This document shows, in pieces, positions 17,751 to 25,396 of a DNA stretch of 47,857 nucleotides (positions are counted from its first letter, which is position 1; the number at the start of each line of letters is the position of its first letter). This stretch comes from Candidatus Pacearchaeota archaeon (GTDB lineage: Archaea > Nanobdellota > Nanobdellia > Pacearchaeales > GW2011-AR1): positions 1 through 47,857 of the forward strand of contig PBZO01000004.1 in the NCBI GenBank assembly GCA_002731115.1, read 5' to 3'. The notes beneath the pieces are model-generated. The model was not told where the DNA came from. It ran no database searches and saw only the letters and a list, made by a program, of their open reading frames with translations. Made by a program: the position numbers and the translations under genes.

Positions 17751-19184
17751 AATCCAGTTGATCCTGCTGGCGGCTGCAGCTCTCTGGTTTGCACTTAGAC
17801 ATGCAAGTTTTTCGAGAGAAAGCGAACTGCTCAGTAACACGTAGCTAACCTGCCCTTAAGTCAAGGATAAGCTTGGGAAACTAAGTCTAATACTTGATAA
17901 GAGATATACCCTGGAATGATTTATCTCTGAAACTCGAGCTTAAGGATGGGGCTGCGGCGGATTAGGTTGTTGTTGGGGTAAAAGCCTAACAAGCCAAAGA
18001 TCCGTAAGGGCTCTTAGCGGAGAAGCCCTGAGAGGGAATCTGAGATACTATTCCCAGCCCTACGGGGTGCAGCAGTTAGGAATATTTTGCAATGCGCGTA
18101 AGCGTGACAAATTGAGCCAGAGTGTTTTTCAAATTGAAAAACTTTTATGAAATGTAAAAAGTTTCACGAATAAGGACTGGGTAAGACTAGTGCCAGCCGC
18201 CGCGGTAATACTAGCGGTCCAAGTTGCAGCCATTTTTATTGGGTCTAAAACATCCGTAGCTTGCTTAATAAGTTTTCTGTGAAATCTTATCTCTTAAAGA
18301 TAAGGCTAGCAGAAAGTACTGTTAAGCTAGAGACTGAAAGGCGTGAGAAGTACGTTTGAAGTAGTGGTTAAATACGTTAATCTTGAACGGACTCACAACA
18401 GCGAAGGCATCTCACGAGGACAGTTCTGACAGTAAGGGATGAAAGCTAGGGGCGTAAAACGGATTAGATACCCGTGTAATCCTAGCAGTAAACACTGCAC
18501 ACTAAACATTAGTACCTCCTCGAGAGGTATTGGTGCTGAAGGGAAGCCGAAGAGTGTGCTACCTGGGAAGTATAGTCGCAAGGCCGAAACTTAAAGGAAT
18601 TGGCGGGGAGATACTACAACGGGTGACGCGTGCGGTTCAATTAGATTATACACCGTGAACCTCACCAGGAGCGACAGCAGGATGAAGGTCAGTCTAAAGG
18701 GCTTACCTGACACGCTGAGAGGAGAAGCATGGCCGACGTCAGCCTGTGCTGTGAAGTGACCTGTTAAATCAGGTAACAGGCAAGACCCACATCTCTATTT
18801 GCTAAGTGCACAATAGGGAGATTGCCTTGGTAACAAGGATGAAAGTGTGGGCTACGTTAGGTGTGTACGTCCCGAATCCCCTGGGCAACACGCGCGCGTC
18901 AATGGTGAATACAACGAGATGCGACTCTGAAAAGAGAAGCTAATCTCTTAAAGTTCATCTCAGTCCAGATTGAGGTTTGTAACTCAGCCTCATGACGATG
19001 GAATCCGTAGTAATCGTTTGTTATCAACGAACGGTGAATAAGTCACTGTCTCTTGCACACACTGCCCGTCAAACCAACCGAGTTATGTTATGGTGAAACA
19101 ATTTTTTGGAGAACTTTGGCATGACAAGGTAGGTTAAGTCGTCACAAGGTAACTGTAGGGGAACCTGCAGTTGGATCACCTCCT
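17751..19184 (+). rRNA. rrs: 16S rRNA (about 1434 nt)
   Basis: 5' aatccagttgatcctgctggcgg, gtgccagccgccgcggtaata, ggattagatacccgtgtaatcc, gcacacactgcccgtc, 3' ggaacctgcagttggatcacctcct. Confidence 0.95.
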
Positions 19185-19211
19185 AAATTTTTAAAATTAT
19201 AATCATATGAA

Positions 19212-19240
19212 TGCTTTTACATACACTCATCGTTAGTTAT
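19212..19240 (+). other. 3' strand of the 16S processing stem
   Basis: Complementary to 17565-17580 and 17619-17632 (see the 5' strand feature). Confidence 0.6.
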
Positions 19241-19285
19241 TAAAAAAATAAAAATTTAAAAACACCAACGGGTTCAAATAAAATA

Positions 19286-19358
19286 GGGCCCATTGTCCAA
19301 TGGCTTAAGATACTTCCCTTGCACGGAAGAGATCCGCGTTCAATTCGCGGTGGGTCCA
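19286..19358 (+). tRNA. tRNA-Ala (anticodon UGC) in the 16S-23S spacer, no encoded CCA
   Basis: Manual fold: acceptor GGGCCCA/TGGGTCC with the G3:U70 Ala identity pair; anticodon arm cttcc-cttgcac-ggaag; T arm ccgcg-ttcaatt-cgcgg. Confidence 0.9.
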
Positions 19359-19363
19359 TGATT

Positions 19364-19371
19364 TTTATAAA
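19364..19371 (+). promoter_or_regulatory. candidate internal TATA box (tttataaa) inside the rRNA spacer
   Basis: Same octamer as at 17536. Centred about 24 nt upstream of the ATG at 19391, which would give a leaderless transcript. Confidence 0.3.
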
Positions 19372-19390
19372 TTAAAAATAGAAATAAAAG

Positions 19391-19573
19391 ATGGCAAAAG
19401 AAATATTAGAATTAATAGTAGATGGAGAACATCAAAAACTTATAAGAACAAATGAGAATGGTAAAATCAAAGTAAGAATAAATGGAAGTATAGAATATTT
19501 TCAACCTAAGATAATAAAGAAAACTTATGAAGAGAAATATAAAGGAAAAGAAGTTAAATTAGAATATCGCTAA
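19391..19573 (+). CDS. hypothetical 60-aa protein encoded in the tRNA-Ala/23S spacer
   Basis: Uninterrupted 60-codon frame in very AT-rich sequence, ATG start, balanced K/E/I/G composition. No known motif. Confidence 0.35.
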   Translation: MAKEILELIVDGEHQKLIRTNENGKIKVRINGSIEYFQPKIIKKTYEEKYKGKEVKLEYR

Positions 19574-19746
19574 AGTGGGAAGTTTTAAAAACTCTCAATA
19601 ACAAAAACTCATATTAAATAAATCAAGTAAAATTAAAATCGTAATAAATAAATTTACAATTACAAATCATGCTCAACTATTGAGAAATGGTTCCAGAAAA
19701 TATATTTGGGATCATGTTGAGAACAAAAATTACTTTATGTTCAATG

Positions 19747-19768
19747 AAATAAGCAGTAAGAGAATATT
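19747..19768 (+). other. 5' strand of the 23S processing stem
   Basis: aaataagcagtaagagaatatt pairs with 22636-22657 aatatttctcttactgtttatt, with one bulged base on each strand. Confidence 0.55.
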
Positions 19769-19794
19769 CCCACTTAATTATATTTGGAAAAACA

Positions 19795-22620
19795 ATACTA
19801 CTATTTATACTGTTAGACGGATAGCTTGGTTTTGGTTCTTTTAAGACGTGGCAAGCTGCGATAAGCTTAGGGGAGTTGCATGCAAGCTTTGATCCTAAGA
19901 TTTCTTAACATGTAGAGATACATAATTACGTCGTGAATTGAAACATCTTAGTAACGACAGGAAAAGAAAATAAATAATTATTCCCTTATTAGCAGCGAGC
20001 GAAAAGGGAACAGGGCAAACTGAATCTGTTTTTGAAAAAAAATTAGAAATGTGGTGAAGATAAGTAACTAAGTTAATAAATCAAAATTTTCTGGAAAGAA
20101 ATACTTTAGAGGGTGATAGTCCCGTAGATGAAATTGATATGTTGCTCTTCAAAAGAGTAGGGCTTCCTGGATTGGAGGTCTGAATATGGCAGGATTAACT
20201 GCTAACCCTAAATAAAACCAAAGTCCGATAGCGCACTAGTACCGTGAGGGAAAGCTGAAAAGTACTCTTAACAGAGGGTTAAAAGACTTGAAATCTAATA
20301 GTTACAGTTTGTTACTGGTCTTAACATTTTATGTTAATAGATTTGTAACGTACGTTTTGAAGAACGGGCCAGGGAGTTTTTCTATATGGCGAGGCTAACT
20401 AATTTTATTAGGTAACCGAAGCAAAAGCAAGTCTGAAAGGGCGTTAGTCATATGGATAAGACCTGAAGCCAGATGATCTATTCATGGACAAGGTGAAGTC
20501 TTTCGAAAGAGAGATGGAAGCCTGAACCGTTGTTGTGTACATGCACTCGAATGATCTGTGAATAGGGGTGAAAAGCTTATCTAATTTGGCGATGGCTGGT
20601 TCCTGCTGAAATATGCCTTCGTATAGTCTTGTTTAGTTAGTTAACGGTGTAAAGTACGGATAAAACTCGCAGGAGCTAATGCTTACGGAGTTTTTTCCAA
20701 CTCAGAAATTGTTAATTGCTTAGAACAAGAAACAGGGTCAGTATGTAAGATACTGTTCCGAGAGTGGAATAACACAGACTAAAGTTAAGGTCCTAAAATT
20801 TATGCTAAGTGTATCGAAAGGTGTCTTGAACCTGAGACACTGGGGATGTAAGCTTAGAAGCAGCTATCATTTAAAGAAATCGTAACAGATCACCTATTGA
20901 GGTCCAAGGCCCTGAAAATGGACAGGGCTAAAGCATAATACCGATACTTTAGAGGCACTTATAAAAGTGTTCTGGTAAGCAGGCGTGTAAATTGTACAGA
21001 ATTTCTTTCTAAAGAAAGAATGGAACGATTTGCAATGAAAATCCTGGTAATAGTAGGATGTGATTTTTCTGAGAATGAAAAATGTCGTAAGAGCAAGGTT
21101 TCCTTGGCAATATATGTTAGCCAAGGGTTAGTCAGTACCTAAGTTGTATCTTAACTGAGTACAACGATGGACAACAGGTTAATATTCCTGTACTAATTGA
21201 ATTTTATATAGTATTATTTTGCTTTTGGATAAGTAAGCACTTGAAAGAGTGTTTTAATAAAGAAAACTGTCAAGGGTAATCCTTAGACGCAGATATAATT
21301 TATTAAACAAAATTACTGATTCCGAGAGCCAGTGAAAATGTTATACTCTTAATTCAGTTGGCTGTACCCATAACCAGCACTGGTGCTCTAGCTTAATAGG
21401 CTAAGACATGAAAGGGAAAACCAATTAAGGGAATTCGGCAAGTTAGTTCTGTAGCTTCGGCTGAAGGAATGTCTATTTTTGTTTTTTCAGAAATGTAGAT
21501 GCATTAATAGATCACAGTAACAAGGACGGCCCGACTGTTTACCAAAAACGTAGCCAAGTGCTAATCTGAAAAGACGTGTATACTTGGTGAGACCTGCCCA
21601 GTGGTGGTGTCTAAAACTCCTTTTCAAGGGAGCTAAGGTCCATCAAACGGCGGAGATAACTATGATCTTCTTAAGGTAGCGCAATACCCTGTCGTATGAA
21701 TTGCGACTTGCATGAATGGTTTAACGAGGTTGTCACTGTCCCTAATTGGAGCCTTCTGAATATACTTCGTGGTGAAAAGGCCACGGACGCCTAGTGGGAA
21801 GCTGAGACCTTGTGGAACTTTACTGCAACTTGTTGTTGTAATCTTAAGAGAAATGCATAGCATAAGTAGGAGCGTCGAAGCTGTTATTTCGGTGACAGTG
21901 GAGCAAACATGTAATACTACTCATTTTTTTTAAGATTGCTTACTCTATATGAAGACAGCAGCAGGCGGGCAGTTTGACTGGGGCGGTGCCCTGCCGAAAA
22001 AATATCGGTAGGACCCAAAGACAAACTCATCCAGCTTGGAAATCTGGAGTTGAGTGTGAGGGCAAAAGTTTGTCTAACTGTATTTTGAACAGCAAGAAAT
22101 GCAGAGGAGAAATCCGGGCCTAGTGAACCCACGTGCTTTTTTAATAGAAGCCGTGTCTGATAGAAAAGTTACCCCAAGGATAATAAGCTTGTCGCCCCCG
22201 ATAGTCCATATTGACGGGGCGGTTTGGTGTTTCGCTGTCGGCTCTCCCTAACCTGCGCGTGCAGAAGCGTGCAAGGGTGTCGGAGTTCACGCATTAAAAG
22301 GGATCGTTAGCTGGGTTAAGAACGTCGTGAGACAGTTTGTATGATATCTACTAGGTGTGTTATTGTCTGAGTGGAACAAGTTTTTAGTACGAGAGGAACG
22401 AAACCTGGGTGCCTCTGGTGAGCAGTTGTCAATTGGCAGGCTGCATAGCTACGCACTAAATGAATAAGAGCTGAATGCATCTAAGCTCGAAGTCATCCGC
22501 AAAACGAGACAATTAAAGCCGTCAAAGAAGATGACGTTGATAGAGTTGTTGTGTAAGATTCAAGTTTCTGGTGAGGCGAGAATTTCAGCATACAACCACT
22601 AAAAGCTTCAATTGTAGTAT
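19795..22620 (+). rRNA. rrl: 23S rRNA (ends approximate, +/- 25 nt)
   Basis: gacggatagcttgg...aagacgtggcaagctgcgataagc near the 5' end; sarcin-ricin loop agtacgagaggaac; gctgggttaagaacgtcgtgagacagtt. Terminal helix aatactac (about 19794) / gtagtatt (22615-22622). Confidence 0.9.
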
Positions 22621-22635
22621 TTTCTAAATATAAAA

Positions 22636-22657
22636 AATATTTCTCTTACTGTTTATT
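22636..22657 (+). other. 3' strand of the 23S processing stem
   Basis: Complementary to 19747-19768. Confidence 0.55.
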
Positions 22658-22666
22658 GATTTGTTT

Positions 22667-22939
22667 TTACAGTCCAAAATTTTCAATAAAGTTTTCAATA
22701 ACTTTATATTCTTCTAAGAATTCATTCCCTCTTGGAGTTATACAAAACATCTTTTTATCTTTTTTATCAATATCTAATTTAATAAATCCCTTACTCGTTA
22801 ATTCATTAATATATTCCTTAAACATTTGAGGAGATAAATTAGAAGCATACAATAATCTGGTCGGTTTTATCTTTCTATTTTCTCTAACTGCTTTGAGAAT
22901 ATCCCTAATTACATCTAATCTTTCCCTTTTCCTTGCCAT
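22667..22939 (-). CDS. small winged-helix DNA-binding protein
   Basis: 90 aa. The RLDVIRDILKAV...TRLLYASNLSPQMFKEYINELTSKGFI pattern is typical of archaeal wHTH regulators. The start lies 1 nt after the stop of the upstream membrane protein gene. Confidence 0.6.
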   Translation of the reverse strand: MARKRERLDVIRDILKAVRENRKIKPTRLLYASNLSPQMFKEYINELTSKGFIKLDIDKKDKKMFCITPRGNEFLEEYKVIENFIENFGL

Positions 22940-22940
22940 C

Positions 22941-23618
22941 TTATTTCCCTCCTGTTACTTTAATTACACCATATAAGAATAATAAGAAAATAACTATATT
23001 TATTAGATAAACATTTGTTAAGACTCCTTTATTCCAATCAAGAAATGATGCTACAAGAAAATTCAATACCCATGTAATAAGACTTAAAATCATTGCAATA
23101 AAATAGAGTTTAAGAAATTTATGTTGTCTCCCATTTTTTTTATAATTAATATAACTTATAACTGATGCAAGAACAAAAATAATGATTTGTGAAGAAAACA
23201 TAAAATAATATGTTTGCCATATATAATCTAAGAAAACAATTATAAAACTCATAAAATAAAAAAGGAAAATCTTTGTATTGAATAATGAACTATTATAATT
23301 AGTTTTAGAACTTTCAAATCTCTTCCATAAAAGACTGTATAGTAAAAAAAATCCCCCCATAACAAGAAAATATTCAAATAAAATATTTATTACAAAATAA
23401 TAATTTGGATTATCTAAGAAAAATGCTCCAAAAAGATATCTAATTATAAATGCAATCCCATAAAAAAAGAAAGCATTTCTAAAATATCTAATTCCTTTAT
23501 GTAAACTAAGACGAAAAAGTTTATTAGTTTTAAGGACTATTACAAAACATATAAGTGCTATTATTAATCCATAAAATATCTTAAGTAATTCCTTATTCTC
23601 TATAATCCATGAATACAT
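22941..23618 (-). CDS. polytopic membrane protein (about 7 predicted TM helices), unknown function
   Basis: Seven hydrophobic stretches counted by eye, with aromatic-rich loops. No catalytic motif recognised. Confidence 0.6.
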   Translation of the reverse strand: MYSWIIENKELLKIFYGLIIALICFVIVLKTNKLFRLSLHKGIRYFRNAFFFYGIAFIIRYLFGAFFLDNPNYYFVINILFEYFLVMGGFFLLYSLLWKRFESSKTNYNSSLFNTKIFLFYFMSFIIVFLDYIWQTYYFMFSSQIIIFVLASVISYINYKKNGRQHKFLKLYFIAMILSLITWVLNFLVASFLDWNKGVLTNVYLINIVIFLLFLYGVIKVTGGK

Positions 23619-23961
23619 ATAATTTTTATTTTTTCTAATTATTTAAGGTTTATGTATTGGAAGAGGTATAGAGGATTGCTATATATTTTCACTTCTCATC
23701 GTTTATAAAGAGATTTTATCTAAAATAACTATGAAAAGAGAGAGAAAATATTCTAATATCTTCCCTCTCTTAACCTCATTTCACCCATCTCGAAAGAGGG
23801 GTTAGAAAAACTAACATGATGGCTGAATTTTAAATTCAAAAATCTCGTTATAACTAACCCCTTTTTCAACATACTCATAAAAAAATAAAAGGTGACAAAA
23901 TGGAACAAGATCCCCCCTAATAAAAAAAATTGTAATTTACTAATGAAAAAACCAAAGAGTT

Positions 23962-23969
23962 TTTAAATA
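23962..23969 (+). promoter_or_regulatory. candidate TATA box (tttaaata) for RNase P RNA
   Basis: Centred about 24 nt upstream of the proposed 5' end at 23989. Confidence 0.4.
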
Positions 23970-23988
23970 GTAAATTATCTATATCTCT

Positions 23989-24362
23989 GTAAGTTGGGTA
24001 GTTAATTTCGGGACTTACGTTTTTAGATAAACAGATTTTGTTTAATATCAAAATCTAGTTCTGAGGAAGGTTCGCCCACCCTTGATAATTTATCAAGACA
24101 AGTCATCCTTGAAAAAGGACTGCTGTAAGGTAGAGCTCTGTTACAGAAACGACACAGCTTGCTTTGAGTTATGAATCATGCGAGAAACTTTGAAAAGCAA
24201 GATTTGATGAGACGAGCATCTTGACTGGTGCAAGGCCATATGAGCCGCATAGTCAAATATTAACACGAACTATTCGATACAGAGATTAAAATCTCTGTCC
24301 CTAAAACTCTCACGAGTTTTTGGTTACGAAGTTCGACAGAAGGCGACCTATTCCTAACTTAC
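23989..24362 (+). ncRNA. rnpB: RNase P RNA (about 374 nt)
   Basis: CR-I gaggaaggttcgccc (24063-24077), acagaaacg, CR-III gcaaggccatatgag (24230-24244), CR-V acagaaggcgacc (24336-24348). P4 can be drawn between ggaaggttcgcc and ggcgacctattcc with a bulged U/A. P1 is gtaagtt / aacttac. Confidence 0.8.
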
Positions 24363-24408
24363 ATTCTTTCTAAAGATTTAAAAAAGATTTCTAACTTTAT
24401 TTTTAGAA

Positions 24409-24480
24409 GGGAATGTAGCTCAGGGGGAGAGCACATGACTGAAGATCATGGTGTCGAGGGTTCAAATCCCTCCATTCCCA
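24409..24480 (+). tRNA. tRNA-Phe (anticodon GAA), no encoded CCA
   Basis: Manual fold: acceptor gggaatg/cattccc; D arm gctc-aggggga-gagc; anticodon arm catga-ctgaaga-tcatg; T arm gaggg-ttcaaat-ccctc. Confidence 0.9.
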
Positions 24481-24527
24481 TTTCAAAACTTTTATAAACA
24501 AGTTTAATTTAATTATAAAAAGAGAAA

Positions 24528-24794
24528 ATGAAAGAAAATTTTGAAACTGCAAGTTATGTTCTAGGAATAATTAGCATAGTCTTAGCATTTTTTACTCCAC
24601 TTGCAGGATTAATCTTAGGAATTATTGGACTTAGACTAAGTAAAAGGCAAAAATCAGAATTATCAAAAAAAGCTAAAAGATATAATACCCTTGGAATAAT
24701 TTTAAGTTTAATCTTCTTTATTATTACAATTATTATCACAATTTACTTAACAAAGCAAGGAATAAATAATCTCCCTAATTTTCCTATAGCATAA
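24528..24794 (+). CDS. small two-TM membrane protein (DUF4190-like)
   Basis: GIISIVLAFFTPLAGLILGIIGL and LGIILSLIFFIITIIITIYL helices separated by a basic loop. Confidence 0.5.
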   Translation: MKENFETASYVLGIISIVLAFFTPLAGLILGIIGLRLSKRQKSELSKKAKRYNTLGIILSLIFFIITIIITIYLTKQGINNLPNFPIA

Positions 24795-24795
24795 A

Positions 24796-25362
24796 ATGAA
24801 AAACAAAACAGCTGCAATGGAGATGAGTGTAGGAATTATTGTCACAATAGTTCTATTAATGACTGTTTTAATCCTCGGATTAGTCTTAGTAAGAACAATT
24901 TTTACAACTTCTATTGAAAATATAGATAGTATTGATCAGGCTGTTAAGGGAGAAATTAATAAGCTATTTGCAGAAGATGATACAAGAAAAGTTGTTATCT
25001 ATCCTCCTACCAGAAAGATTGCAATAAAAAAAGGAAATCAAGAGTATTTAGGATTTGGTTTTGCAATAAGAAATGTTGGTATTAAAGAAGGTACTTTTCA
25101 ATATAGAGTATCAGTAAATGATCCTGATTTAAGAAATAAATGTAAAATAAATGCAGAAGAAGCAGAAAGTTGGATTAAGGTTGGTGGAAGTGGAAATATA
25201 GATATTAATGCTGGAAGTTCAATGGATGAACCTGAATTTGTAAGATTTTTGATTCCTGAAAATGCCCCTCCATGTATAATTAGATATGGTATTGATGTTG
25301 AAAAAGATGGAGAGCAATACGGAAGTACTCTAAGTGTAGATTTAGAAATAGAAGCAGCATAG
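24796..25362 (+). CDS. secreted/anchored protein with archaeal pilin-like N-terminal hydrophobic segment
   Basis: KTAAMEMSVGIIVTIVLLMTVLILGLVLV resembles the archaeal type IV pilin N-terminal domain. The start lies 1 nt after the upstream stop. Confidence 0.45.
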   Translation: MKNKTAAMEMSVGIIVTIVLLMTVLILGLVLVRTIFTTSIENIDSIDQAVKGEINKLFAEDDTRKVVIYPPTRKIAIKKGNQEYLGFGFAIRNVGIKEGTFQYRVSVNDPDLRNKCKINAEEAESWIKVGGSGNIDINAGSSMDEPEFVRFLIPENAPPCIIRYGIDVEKDGEQYGSTLSVDLEIEAA

Positions 25363-25396
25363 TTTAATTTTTAAATTAGTCTTTCTTAAACTAATT

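Noticed and set aside
17608-22132. Track ORFs inside the rRNA operon (17608-17802, 18393-18581, 20894-21124, 21660-21863, 21917-22132, all minus strand)
   Set aside because: They lie antisense within the 16S leader, the 16S and the 23S sequence, which is GC-richer and so has fewer stops. They have odd compositions (Cys/Ser/Phe/Leu-rich). I regard them as artefacts of rRNA sequence.
22621-22666. Search for a 5S rRNA after the 23S
   Set aside because: Only about 46 nt of AT-rich sequence, part of the 23S processing stem, separates the 23S from the convergent wHTH gene. That is too short and lacks any 5S-like GC-rich helices.
24012-24017. Alternative placement of the RNase P RNA 5' end using the local hairpin gtaagt...acttac
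   Set aside because: Pairing of 23989-23995 with the 3'-terminal aacttac (24355-24362) gives a canonical P1 that closes the molecule right after the P4 3' strand. The local hairpin is noted as an ambiguity, not as a separate feature.
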